From: Kudoa neothunni
Taxonomy: Eukaryota > Animalia > Cnidaria
DNA: 64,000 bases
NCBI GenBank assembly: GCA_964304625.1
Contig: OZ199838.1
Coordinates: 9,751,541 to 9,815,540, forward strand
Direction: 5' to 3'
Positions within the stretch are counted from its first letter, which is position 1; every line of letters starts with the position of its first letter. The notes under the pieces were generated by a model, which saw only the letters and a program-made list of their open reading frames with translations, had not been told where the DNA came from and did no database searches. Made by a program: the position numbers and the translations under genes. Of this stretch, positions 1 through 12,670 are shown piece after piece.

Positions 1-560
1 GTTTGTAGGAGATCATCAAGTAATCAACTTTAACTTATTGTCAAGTACCGACTTTCTAATCCATATGTTATAGCCGCTGTATCTCAACATAATTATCTCT
101 TAAAGTTGGTTCAAGATTTAACTCAATACATTGTTTATCTGATGATTTTAGTTTTTTGTTATTTGTGCCATTTATTGATTTTCTTCTGAGCCAACACAAT
201 GATCAAAGTCAATGAAATATTTATAAATATATTGGAAAACAGTTTCCAACTAAGCGGTAGATAAGGTTTCCCCAATTAGAAGTCCACGACTCATTGTATT
301 AGTCGGGAAAGAGTCAGTGACTATTCTCATGATAAAGAATATCCCCTTAATTGATAAAGCTGTCTAATATCTGATTTCATAAATGTGTAAAGCTATTTTT
401 TATTAATTTTCTATGATTAAATATTTTAATTTTTCGTACATATAATTATGTAGCTTCATTGGTCCACTTAACCTAGTTCAACATCCCATTCGACAAATTT
501 TCTACACGTCAAACTTTATACCAGAAATTTTTTCATGTGATGAAACAACATTAATAGTGT
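1..560 (-). pseudogene. Heavily decayed non-LTR (LINE-type) reverse transcriptase relic
   Basis: Minus-strand translation with stops gives GIKFDV*K, then IYEIRY*TALSIKG...TDSFPTNTMSRGLLIGETLSTA (resembles the RG-x-QG-x-LSP block), then LLDDL near base 10-25, in RT motif order. Confidence 0.35.
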
Positions 561-1859
561 ATTTTGCTAAAAAAGCTATGCATGTTCTTAATTTGCAATG
601 TCCCAACGTTCTGACATGTGCTTTCGAATTTGATATCGAAAATCAATGTATTTTTAAGATATCAGATACAAAACTAATATCTTGTGCTTCAGTGGAACTC
701 CATATTTAATAGAGGCTTTCTCTATTGTCTCATTTTCTCGAATGTTCCGAAATATCGTTCAAAACTCATATATACAATATCTTCATGCATGAGAATGTAC
801 ACATTAAACATATAATATTCCATTCTTCCATCTTTTTAAAAGAGAAAAATTTTTTTTAAAATAATTTAAGAGATTTGAAAAAAGCAATGTTGATTGTAAA
901 GAAGATTCTTTGGTGTAATGATAAAGTCCGTGCGCACAAAAGGATAACGTCTGGTGAAAACAGTGATTCCTCCTCCAGTGGAATGAAATTCGAATTATAC
1001 GGAATGATCGAAACCAAAGTTAAAATGTTTAAAGTGGCTGCTACCTTTAATTTTAAAATGAAATTTTCCAGAATTATTACTAATGCGCAACGCCAGCTAA
1101 ATCGCATTTTTAAGCCATGGCGAGTTTCGTTCACTTTTCGGCCCTTTAATAATTTGAATTATTTTTTAATTTCACAAAGAATTCTATAGAAAATATAATT
1201 CGCTTTATCATTGATATCAAACTTGATTTTCAGTTAAAGTTATTTAAATATTTAGACATTAAAGCCGCCAAGAGTTAACCTCAATCTCACTTATTACGAA
1301 ATTGGACACACAGTCAATTACATTTATTGCATAATGTTTACAATAACTATAGAAATTGAAATTTTATAAATATAAAATTCTGTAATCTCGTTCCTATGGA
1401 CATTTTTGATACATTTAACAAAAAATAGGGAAGAAAATTTTTTACTTATTGTATAATAAACAATTATTGTTTATTGCGCATCAAACCTTGAACCAAAAAA
1501 GTTAAAAATCACAAATATTTCACCCCTACTCAATTTTTTTACTATTTTTGTTAACCTTGTAGCGGACATTTTCTAGTTTAATTACGATATGATCCCAAAT
1601 TGTAATAAATATATCGACACTGGAGTCTTGATTGTCGTTTCAATGAAATATTTTTATCGTATATTAATTTAAAATGTAAAAATAAACCATTTAAGAATGA
1701 TTAATAACTGCTTTCGTAAACCCTATCGTAATATAATTTTAAAAAATTCAAGTTTCAAACAATACAAATTTACTACCAATATTTACCACGAACCAACGTC
1801 AATTCACAATTAAATCGCAATTTTAATCGATGATTTGTCTTTATATGTATTTACTGGCC

Positions 1860-4800
1860 TAGTATGCTCATTTTAATACACTTAATCAGAAATTCAAGCA
1901 GCAGAATATACATGCATTGATAATTCTTGATCAATGGGGAGCACACCCAGAGGTGCTTGGAAATCTAGAATTTATCTATTGTTATTCTTCCTTCAAATTC
2001 AATGAGTTCTTGCAGCTATTAGACTTGAAAATTAGCCATAGTCCCAAATCTCATTAGAGAAATATTTTGCGTAAACTTTGTTATCTCTTTTTGAATGCTC
2101 TCATGAATCCAAGAGCACATTGTTGGAATGATTGTTTTCATTAACCTTCCGAGCATATTGCAATAGGATTTTAATATCCTTCATGTAGTAAAAAATGTCT
2201 GGTATTATGTATATTCTCCTAAAAATAAATTTTTAATATAATGCGAGAAAAAAGTTTTTAATTATCAAAATTAATAATAAGATATGCGTACTTTATACAC
2301 GTAATGCTTTGGGGACATATATGACCCCAAAGTTTTATCCATGAAATAATGCGGAAAAATTGTAAGTACCATAATCCAAAGTTGTATAGAATTATATCGA
2401 TAAAATAAAGAGGAAATGATGAAAAACCTTCCCCGATTTTATGCGAGTGGCAATGAAGCGGATTAGTTTCGAATGATGGGTGGTTTTGACAAAGAATATT
2501 CCACAGATTTTGAGAGCGAATGTAGCGAAATTTTCGATACTACCCAATAAAGTAATCTTAAGTCCGATTCATCAGATTATAACTCAGATAAAAGTGTCGT
2601 TAATTCGACTTTGCATTATTTTTCAAATCATCCAGAATATGCAAGGCGACTATCATGAATAAAGCTTCAGGCGTTACTGCATTCGCTGCACATAGAATAT
2701 CTGAATTAATGGATTATCGCCGCATATTTGTGGATGAAAATTTCTATGAAACCGTTGTAAAGTAAACAAATAAATTTGGTGTACATCACTGTAAACAATG
2801 CTGGAAAAAGCTGTCAAAAATAGAATTTAAAGTCTATATATGTATTCTTATATATATGGCGATATTCGAATCAAACCTGGAGCCGTTAAAGTCGTTGTGG
2901 AGTCTAGATAAGAGCACGGACATATTTCGTCAAATAATGTCTATCAGAAGGTTTAGTTAAATATCCAGAGCACTCCATTTTGGTGGCTATAACACCAAAT
3001 TTGCAAGGAGGGAACGTGATAAATTTTTCCCCATTCGCAAAATTTTTGATAATTGGAAAGAGGCACTTTCGAAATGTTTGATACCACATTCTGGCCTGAC
3101 CGTTGATGAGCAATTAGTCGCTTTTAGGGGTAAATGCCCCCTTAAGCAATATATGCCATCAAAACCGTCTGTTTATGGAATCAAATTTTTTTATTAGTGG
3201 ATCCAATGACAAATTTTTGTCATAACATCCCTGTCTACTTGGAAAAAGTTAACGATCAAAGGGCTAAATGTCTGGGTGAAACTGTCGTGTTAGCCTTGAT
3301 CTCACCTGAAATCAAATGGTAGAAATATTGTTTTCGACATTTATTTTACTTCAGTACCCCTTACGGAGAAATTACTAAATTAGGAACTATGGTTGGAACA
3401 ATGTGGGCTAACAAAAGGGACATTCCCGAATTGATGAAGATGAATAAATCAAGGGAGGTATATAGTTTTCTATTTCTCTTAAATGGAAAGATGTTAGTAT
3501 CTTATGTACTCAAGAAAACTAAGGCCGTCCTATTATTAGTTACTTCGTCAAACAAGACGGGTATATTCACGGATGAGCAAAAAAACCGGACATTATCACA
3601 TTCTACAATAAAACTAAAGGAGGTGTCGATACGGTCGATCGAATACTTGCATCAACCAGCGTCAAAAGATATACGAAACGTTGGTCGACAATGGTGTTTT
3701 TCAACATTCCGGATATTAATCTTATTAATGCTTATAGTTTGTATAAAATCGTATTTAATGATAACAGAATCAAGCGAGCCCAATTCTTAGAAAAACCTGC
3801 TTACATACTTGTTCAATCATTTCTTTCAAGCAAACAATTTTCACGTCCTAATCGATCAGTTACAATAAACCATCACATCTCTTCCTTAAGAACCCGAAAA
3901 AGATGTTTCAAATGTCCCAGAAATATTGATATAAACATTGGAACTTCGTGCGTTTCGTGTTCGAAAAATATCTGTAAGTAACATTCATTATCTCTTTGCC
4001 ATGAATGTTAATCGGAACTTAAAAAGTAGATTTTCTTGTTTATTAATATAAAACTTCCGGCTGATATGCGTGTTTTTTGTCATGTGTTATTTTTTTAATT
4101 TGTTCATGCGCTGCTAGTCATCTAATTTTAACTATGGTCATTTTTTAAATTTGTTATTCTGCCACTGGTCGTTTTACAACCATTGGATCCAAAAAATTGA
4201 AGCACTATTCACTGCACTGCTAAAAACTTAATTTCACCAACATGACATCATAGTTGCCTATATAAAATATAGGTTTATTCATTAACTAACTAATAGAAGT
4301 TACGAAATAACCAAATAAAATGGAAATGACCGAAAATTAAAATATTAATAAACAAATCGATCTTTTATCCAAGCCCGTATCTAATCGTATCTTGTCATCT
4401 TATCTGTTTTTTCGAAATTCGGTATGAATTCGTCTATAGATTTCTTTTAAAGTTTACTAACAAGTTTTTTAATATTTTTAAACTAAAAAATTCAAGAGAA
4501 TTATGTGGTCATATATGACCCCACAAGCACTAAATGTATGGTAATTTTTGGAGCGCTCAGAAGGTTAAAAAGCCTAGGAAGACGTTTCACCCGATTCAAT
4601 AAGAAAATGATGAAAAAAGTCTCGAATTCTGACTAAGTTATCACTTCGACAATGTTTTTTCATCGCAAATATGATTTTTTGAACAGAAGATAAGAATTTG
4701 AGTACCTCAATTGTTATTAGCTGTAATGATAAAGGTGAAAATGAATAAAAAATATGTATAATAATAAGTTATTTTAATGTCTTAATGAAATTAATATAGT

Positions 4801-5197
4801 ACATGATTCGGAAAATAATGAGATAATAAATGAGCATTTGCATATTGAAAGTAAACTAGAATGTGATACGGTATCTCAAACCTCAGACAACCTGGCTGAA
4901 TCAAAATAATCAGATAATAATAACAAAAAGTATTCTTTAAATGTAGGATACCTGAGGATTGCCTCATCCGAAATTTACCAAGCTATTTACCATGAAAATC
5001 CGTTAGACTTCGAGAAATTATAGCTTTTTGTGAAAATAATTTCAGACTTCATTAAATAAAATAAAAAAAACAACTTAATAGATGATTATTTTAAAAGGAG
5101 ATATTTTTAGATTTGTACAAATGCGCATGTCTTGTACGTTACTGCACATCATTTTTCGAATTTCCAGAAAAGTGTGCGATAACCAATGTTGATTGTA
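1860..5197 (+). mobile_element. Decayed pogo/Tigger-type (DDE_1) transposon, split by the piggyBac at 2141-4568
   Basis: 1900-2060 reads like ALIILDQWGAHP...LQLLDL (cf. LLLLDN..AHP...LQPLD). Directly after the piggyBac it resumes KA*EDVSPDSIRK (cf. AW..VS..TI.NC). A TIR-like end gtgcgataaccaatgttgattg+TA lies at ~5174-5197. The left end is uncertain. Confidence 0.55.
2145..4564 (+). mobile_element. Decayed piggyBac transposon (family 1)
   Basis: TTAA at 2141-2144 and 4565-4568. TIR ccttc(c/t)gagc. Palindromic subterminal motif ggggacatatatgacccc at 2307-2332 and ~4505-4526. Transposase remnants LTVDEQLVAFRGKCPLKQYMPSKP (~3095-3170), GGVD and a C-terminal Cys-rich RKRCFKC...CVSC, with many stops and frameshifts. 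Confidence 0.9.
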
Positions 5198-5399
5198 TTC
5201 GTTTTTTAGTACGATAAACATAAGGAAAATTAAAAGTCATCGGAATGAATCATCCTTAAAAAATGGTTGTCTATTTAGTATTATTTACCCTTAGAGTTAG
5301 CTATTGTGGTAATTTTCTTGAGGTAAAATCCATAACATTGACACAATCATTGAAATGATGCGATTATCTATAAAAATTTTCCTGAACAGAGGAAAATTA

Positions 5400-6050
5400 A
5401 CCTTACCGATTCTTTCTTGTCGGAATTAATATCACTGGGTGTGAACAAAAAACTTATTCAGTCCGGGCTGAATGATAAAACTGGGGAAAATGTTTCCCAT
5501 AAATCCCCCATAACATTAAAAAGATATCTCCTGCGAAAGCGAGCGACGTAGATTCAATTGAGAAATTATTCAAAGAAGATTACAACCTCGAGGTAAAAAC
5601 ATCGGTCAGTAAAAACTCTGAAACTGGAATATTTTGTATGAATAAGGAAATGAAGCGGATGCTTGAATTCTCCCTCGCTTGATGCCCATAGATACGACCT
5701 ACGAATTGCTATATTCTAGGTATCTAAAGATCACTTCTAGCATCAATTATATGCGAATTCGCAGAGCATCTCTATAAATTGCAACTTTCTAGGATTCATT
5801 AAAACAGATTCATCTAACGAATGTATGTATTCTCTACAAAAAGACCGAAGAAGTCACTAAGTGATACTTAAGCGAATGGGTTGATACCACTCCTTGGTTG
5901 AAAACAACGGTATCCACCGTTGTTACGGGCAAAGGTAAGTGTCTCAACATGACATTTACCAATACTTCCTTTTTGTCACGCGGATTTCACGTGCATCAAG
6001 TTTTTCAAAGGAAAGTAACAGTTTGAAAATACGGAATTATTTCCGGGAAA
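5400..6050 (+). mobile_element. Decayed Mutator/MULE (ZSWIM-like) transposase fragment
   Basis: Translates to VNKKLIQSGLNDKTGENV...HNIK and GIFCMNKEMKRML...IDTTYEL, resembling NKKLIQ..L...TGK.V..KD.HNI and GI.FQ..EM...F...PE...IDATYKL of MULE proteins. Frameshifted. Confidence 0.55.
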
Positions 6051-6666
6051 AAGAGTATATTTAAATATTGAAAGCACAATGACTTAACCTAAAATTAAAA
6101 GCAAATTCAACAGCCCGTATTATGAGCTTTGTCAATAGATTCCTTCGGAATTTATTGAATACTTTGATAAAAGTTGAAAGCCTGCAATTGATGGATAGCT
6201 GGAATAAGCAATGGTAAAGTCTTTTACGATAATGCATCGAAAAACAGTCTTGAGGCAATCAATTGGAAAATAAAATCTGTTATTACTGTATCCGCTGGAT
6301 TATCTTACAGCAAACAAGTTATTAAATATGACTTGTCACTACCCACAAGATGAGACAACTACACTAGTTTATATTGAGACATTTTGTATATTACGACGAA
6401 ATTGCTTCTTCTTTTACGTTGCGTTATATAGAGTACAACAACTGGCAACGAGGAATACTTTTTGTTACGTCCCTAGAGAATAAACAAACAATATAATTAA
6501 TCGGGCGCTCACTTAGAGGTTTTATACATTATTCTAGTTGTTGTCGTATTTGAGTTAACGCGTGTCTTTTCTTAGCGTAAATTTGCAATTATTTACACTT
6601 TTTTTGCCAATACAACACCTAATCACTCATGACACACAACACAATTTGTGCAAACATTGGTTAATA

Positions 6667-6790
6667 CAGTCGAATCTTGATTACCCGGAAAGTTTTGGTC
6701 CAGCTATTTTCTTTTCGAATAGCGAGGTTCCGGTTAATCGAACATAAACATTGAATCATGCGCGCACATGTTTAAACAATTTTACTATTT
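6667..6790 (+). mobile_element. Tigger/pogo-type MITE left-end fragment
   Basis: TA+cagtcgaatcttgattacccgg; aligns with the left end of the element at 34073. No matching right end found. Confidence 0.5.
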
Positions 6791-7094
6791 ATTAAGTAAT
6801 ATATTTTATCTTATATAACTCAACTTAAAAATGTGGGCATATCTATTAACTAAGAATATGGTGACTTAAAGGTAAAGCATTACATAATTATGGCAGTTTT
6901 TATGTCTACAGAGGAGTGCCTACTTTTTTAAATAATCGATAATTAATGTTTGTTTGATCTACACACAGGCATGTGTTCAGATATAATACAAATTTATACA
7001 AGAACTGAATGCTTAAGTTAAGTTTTACAAGAAAAATTTATTAATAAATAACCTAGAAATATTTTTGTTATAAATATTGCATTGGTACATGTTA

Positions 7095-7155
7095 CTAGCG
7101 CAAAAGCCCCGCTTCGTGTGGGCTTCCTTGCCCGGCCAAGTAGGCTAAAGCCTTG
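7095..7155 (-). repeat. Dispersed repeat resembling a Helitron 3' end (hairpin + CTAG)
   Basis: actagcgcaaaagccccgcttcgtgtgggcttcc...ctaaagcc recurs at 61246-61298. On the minus strand a GC hairpin precedes CTAG|T. Confidence 0.4.
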
Positions 7156-7991
7156 AGTATTCCAAGGTCATTTGAAGTTCAAAGTAAATTAAGAGTATTT
7201 AGATAAATAGTACAAAGATTACCCAATTAACGGAAGATTTATTTAACTAATTGGATGCATGGACCTTATTTAATATTTTTAACAACGCATAAACACTACT
7301 TAGCGTTTAAAATGTCCTCTTTAGAGCTCCTACAAATCGATTTTCTCCTTGTGGTTTGCGGTAATCTCTAAATCAGACTATATGAATATGACTAATCTTG
7401 TTAAACATCAATAAATAAATTTCATATTAATGTTTTGCTATATAACCTAATATAACCTTCTTTATTTGAACTAATTCAATTACTAAATGACTTTTAAATA
7501 ATTTTAACGTAAAATAAACACTATCATACATATAAAATTAACTTGTTATAACATTAACGAATTGATCTATATGTTTGCATAAATTCTCAAATCAAACCAA
7601 TCATACCGCGTGAAAATGTTTTAATCCATTTTGTAGGATGCAAACCTTTTATAATTTTTTACGTAATTTTCTATGTTAAAATAAAATTTTATCTTTCCAT
7701 ATATGTGCTCAAATGGAACGATATGTCTCTCTATAAAGAATAAAAAATGTGTACACACAAACGGATTTCCGGTTTTCTTTATATAGTAGATAACTGAGAT
7801 GGTCCACATTTCATTAAATAAATGTCGTAAAATTTTCTAAACGGAAGAAATAAGTTTTTCTCACGGCGGAGGACGAAGCACCACATTTGTGAGATCACAA
7901 TTATTAATTGTTATCTCTCAAATGTGACGTCGGATTAGGAGGGCCTATACTAAAGTTCAGCCTGTATGTTGTACATGCAGTGATTTTTGAC

Positions 7992-9554
7992 ACTGGCTAT
8001 TCTCACGGAAACGAATAACTCCTCCGTTATAGAAGATATTTCAAATCTGATATCTTGTTTGAATTTAGTTATTTTAATCTAATTTTTTTATGTAAAAATT
8101 GTTTGAAAATGTAAAGAATAAAAATTAAACATTTTGTCTGCTCTATTTACATTGTTCAATAAGTACACTCATATTTTTGAGTCTAATAATATGTAATATA
8201 AACATTCTAATTGAAATGAAAATTAAAAACGTTTACTAATAAGTAGAAACTGTTCTGTTCGTGCATTCTTGTGTCACAAACCATGTCTGAATATGCGAGT
8301 GAATCCTATTTGATTGTGGTGCGTTCTATTTCGTGAGGCTATTTCTAAGTTTTATATAACTTTGAATTAACTAAAATCTGTAGAACAAGTTTATATATTA
8401 CATTCAGTTGGAGAAGAGAAATTTATGTTTTCGTAATATATAAAATACCAATTGCATGGGATAAGTCTGAAAGTGGTGTTATTATTGCTTCCTATGAAGC
8501 GCTGTTAAAATAATTTGCTAAAACCTGTACCGTTTATTAAAAAATATTATTGTCTTGTTAAAATTTCGAATGTCGTTATTTTGGAGGAAATTTTTGTAGG
8601 CGCACAGCTAAACAGCCATGGCTAGTGGTTGGGTTGATCAATTCTTCATTGGAGTGAAAAATGAATTTTCTGAACTATTAAAATTATACATTCCTCAGTA
8701 TCAGGAAGAAAATGTTTGCAATCTTTTAATGAAATTTTTCAGACCAATTCAAAGTGCTCAAGGACGAATTAACCGTTATTTTAACTCCAACATTGTTTAT
8801 TATAATACCTACTACATTTCTACGTTGGCTCGCTATACAAAAATCAAAGCAAAGATACCTCAAAAATCACCATTCAAAAATTTTCATTTTATAAATTTAC
8901 CCATTGAGACGATACCAGAGGAATTGATGCAGAAAATTTAGAATCACCCTGCTTGTTAAAAATTGATAAATGAGTTTAAATTAACAAGTATAGGTTCTGT
9001 ATTCACGAATAGGCACCATGAAAATCTTTCTCATACTTCTGGTCAATGTAAATAGATTTGTGGGGACAAAACAACGAAAATTCCCCGAAATTATGGTACA
9101 ATCTTATAGATACATATGAAAAATGGTTTACATCTATGTAAAATTCTTCGAATCCAATTAATATCCATTAATTAACGACAATTTTGTTAAATTTATATTA
9201 AAAAATGTTTAGATAGAAACATTTTTTAATATAAATGATTGGAGATAATTCATTCTAAGATAAACTGCATGCGCTGAGACGTATTAAACTAAAAGCTTCT
9301 AACCACCATTAGATATGTTTACATTTCATTTAAACTAAAATGTTTATATTACACAATATCAGGCTCAAAAAATGTAAGTGTATTTATTGAACAGTGTAAA
9401 TAGGGCAAAGAAAATGTTTAATTTTTATTCTTTACATTTTCAAACAATTTTTACATAAAAAAATTAGATTAAAATAACTAAATTCAAATAAGATATCAGA
9501 TTTGAAATATCTTCTATAACGGAGGAGTTATTCGTTTCCATGAGAATAACCAGT
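7992..9554. mobile_element. Non-autonomous DNA element with ~230-bp terminal inverted repeats (foldback-like)
   Basis: 7992-~8220 is the reverse complement of ~9325-9554, and the outer ~150 bp are nearly identical. A second copy of the TIR tip is at 9581-9600. The internal 107-aa ORF (8618-8941) is unassigned. Confidence 0.8.
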
Positions 9555-9704
9555 CCCGAGAGGGGATTAAATGGATCCAAGAGAATAGCCACTGTCAAAA
9601 TAGAATCCTGAATGGGGTGGGATATTGTCGATAAAGGTCACTAATCGTCCAGAAACGCTGTGTTCCGCTCTTAGATAAATCTGTTAAATAATTAATTTTG
9701 CATA

Positions 9705-10660
9705 CCGTGCAACCTCGGAGTTCGGCCAAAAATTTTTTAGTCAGAAGCACTTATGAATTCAAACACACATAGAAAGATTATTTAGAACATATCCAGTTGG
9801 AGAAAAAAACAAAGAAGATATAAATTCAAGAATAGGGGTTAGCAACCTACGGTCCACGGCCCTCAGTTATTTTTATCTGGCCCGCCATGCATTAACTGGC
9901 ATAAAGAATTTTCTTAATATCTAAAATACCTAAATACTTTTTAATTTGTTATCTAGATCGTTTTTATAAATGTTTATATGTTGTCGATGTAAACGTTTTA
10001 ACCGGCGAAATTCATTTTTATTATATCTGAAAACCGGAATGAATTTTAGTGCTAAGTAATATTAAAATTATTTCAATAAAAGTATAAAATGTTTTTAAAA
10101 AGGCATATAGATACAGCTCATATTACTTGACCTAATCCAATAAATCGTTCATTCACAAGTTTAGCACAAGTTGATTACGCTGTAAGTGAAAATTATTAGA
10201 ATATAATACTCTTGATTTGGCGTAACTTTATATTTTAATAGACTTTTAAAATTCTTAGTTATATATTAAAATTCAAAATTTGAATTAAGAATAATTTAGC
10301 ATTATAGTAGATTAATTTTAATACGGCCTGCATTAGAGTTAGGGTATGTTTGTTCGGCCGGCCACTCTAAAAAATTGCGACCCATTTAAGAAGAGTGGCT
10401 CAATCAAATTGTGCGAACGTTATCGAAAGAGAACTCTTTATAATATATCTATCCTATATTTTATTATTGTATTTAATATTTGTTTGTTATATTTTTAAAC
10501 ACAAGCTATGCATGTTTTTTCATAATTAAGGGCAAAAAGAGTCATTAATTTGATTCATGTTACGGATTAAACTAATTTTCATTATTTTGCGGGAGAAAAA
10601 TTATTCGGAGTTGGAACACATTTCTAGAACGGATTATGACGGAAGTCCGAGGTTGCATTG
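9705..10660. mobile_element. Tc1/mariner-pogo-type MITE carrying a nested hAT MITE
   Basis: Left end TA+ccgtgcaacctcggagttc; right end gaagtccgaggttgcattg (its reverse complement, near match). Confidence 0.6.
9833..10384. mobile_element. hAT (Charlie/Buster-type) MITE
   Basis: Ends taggggttagcaacctacgg... and ...aaaattgcgaccca with ggcccgc subterminal repeats. Near-identical 8-bp flanks ttcaagaa / tttaagaa. Confidence 0.7.
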
Positions 10661-11186
10661 CATATCCAAATACGACTTTAAGTAGATAATCTCAAGTTCC
10701 ATTCCAATTCATCAAAATTTTTATTTTTCATTGTAGCGAAATGTAATCTTTACAGATATATTTTTACAAAATAAATAACTGATTCTTTAATTCGAAAATT
10801 TATGCTTTAATTAAAACAAAACAAATATTTAAGTGATGGACAAAACAATATCTGTCAGGCATATATATTTAGTGTTTGGATAGTTTTAAGATCATTTAAT
10901 TTTAATATATAATTAAAAAAGGTGAAGAATAATTTAACACAACGTTTATGTTTAGTTATAAACCAACAAGACACACGTATCAATATTACTTAAAAATTAA
11001 TAAGAATCATATGTGATCTTCTTATGATAGAAAAGACTTGTATAAATTTCCGACAAAAACAGTTAATAAGAAGGAAATCTATCACATGACTACATACAAT
11101 CATTCCTTACAAAAATAGGACTGGCGATTCTTGAAGATTAGCGAAATGTTCCGGGATATTCCGAATAATTGCATCGCAGCCTAGCT

Positions 11187-11746
11187 ATGATTGATCCTTC
11201 AGTTCAAGCTATAATAGAACAAAGAATTCAGATGTACTACAAGACTTTGTGTGAAAATCGCCAAGCTGTGGCTGCGGAATATTACGTGAGATACTCTAAT
11301 AACGCTTGCTCGGCATAATAAACAAAATATTTTAGATGAATGATGCTATTTCTGATTTTCAGGGTACCAAATGTGCTAATATTCAGGAAATTCATGAGAA
11401 ACTGACGGTAACCAGGCAACCCTACCACTCTACTATATAAGTTCCACGTGAATTAATTGTGCTGATTTTTAGAGCATGCCTTTTTCCAACCTTCAGATAA
11501 TGTTATCTAAAGTAACGTGCCTGCCCGTTGGCCCAAATGCATTCCATGTGAGCGTTTATGGGAAATTACGAGTAATTATTTTCCTTCTTTTCGCATTAAT
11601 ACGATTAAATAACTTAATTTGGAATGTTTTAGGATGCCAACGACCCGGTTCTCGAATTCACTCACAGTATCATTATGCCAGTTGTGAACGGAAATTTGCT
11701 GAAGATAAGCCACGATATTTTTCAACTTGTGATTCATGATAATTAA
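11187..11746 (+). CDS. NUTF2: Nuclear transport factor 2 (NTF2), 127 aa, 4 exons
   Basis: Exons 11187-11285, 11336-11407, 11473-11571, 11633-11746 with GT-AG introns of 50/65/61 bp. They splice to MIDPSVQAIIEQRIQMYY...EIHEKLTSMPF...VYGKLRDANDPVLEFTH...HDIFQLVIHDN*, colinear with NTF2. Confidence 0.85.
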
Positions 11747-11896
11747 CTTAACATAACCGTTTCAGCTTATTATGAATAATATTTTGTGTGTGTCAATTTG
11801 TATATAAAAACCCGCAATTCAACTAACTGTTAAGTAAAATGAGAATAGTAGTTTCTAGTTGGAAAAAATTAAATTCTCTTGCATGATAACAACGAA

Positions 11897-12502
11897 TCAA
11901 TAGATCCACTGTGTGAGGGCGGGATCCCACGCTATGATCTCATCCGGCTCGAACCATAAAGCAATTTCGCGCTTAGCACTTTCAACACTGTCGCTACCAT
12001 GAACAACGTTCCTAATTAATTTAGGAATAAAACGTTAACCATTTTCTCTTAGACATGCATTATCAAAAATACCTATCAAGCGTTAATGCATAATCACCGC
12101 GAATAGTACCAGGAAGAGAATTTTGCTAAAATCATTGTCAGCTCATTTACACAACCAAACATTAACTATTTACTGGATTAGTTTGACCCATTGTTTGTCT
12201 CACTTTGTGTACAGCATTGTTTCCTTTCCATACCATAGCAACAACAGGTCCCGATTTGATAAATGTGGAGAGTGATGAGAAAAACGGTTTACCGATGTGT
12301 TCTTCGTAGTGTTTTTTTATTATATCATCAGTGGCCTAATTAATAAAATGAAAATATACAGTGAAATCAAATTATTAAAGGTTACCTTGGTCATCTTAAG
12401 TGCGACTAATTGTAGACCTTGTTTTTCAAACCGAGTGATAATCTCACCAATCAAATTTCTTTGAACGGCATCTGGTTTGATCATAACATATGTAAGTTCC
12501 AT
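11897..12502 (-). CDS. NME: Nucleoside diphosphate kinase (group I NME/NDK), 4 coding exons
   Basis: [15 protein letters not shown]...[11 protein letters not shown]...[11 protein letters not shown]...GQTNP|[11 protein letters not shown]...[21 protein letters not shown]...WIY*. The catalytic His motif is intact. Probable short 5'UTR intron ~12520-12552. Confidence 0.95.
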
Positions 12503-12670
12503 TGCTGTTGTTGCAGCTGCTGTGATCAGTGGGTACGTATGGATAGGTCAAACCTGGAGGTATTCGGGCTTAACAATTCAAACTAGAAATCTGGTCACGT
12601 GGTTATATAGTATCGCATGGTACGCATGCGACAAGCGTGACATGTGACACACTGTCATAACAATTCTACC
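12503..12670. promoter_or_regulatory. Putative bidirectional promoter between NDK and THUMPD1
   Basis: Only 168 bp separate the divergent ATGs. The interval contains GTCACGTGG (E-box, ~12595), CGCATGCG (~12623) and GTGACATGTGAC. Confidence 0.5.

Noticed and set aside
1-560. Telomerase RT or Penelope interpretation of the RT-like relic
   Set aside because: Multiple stops and no consistent exon structure; motif spacing fits a decayed LINE better, and even that is low confidence.
856-1189. Overlapping 92-aa and 104-aa ORFs
   Set aside because: No recognisable domain or splice pattern; they lie in TE debris.
7868-7965. Possible hammerhead ribozyme (GGACGAAGC...hairpin...GUC)
   Set aside because: Core GAAA and CUGAUGA are not present; only the hairpin is supported.
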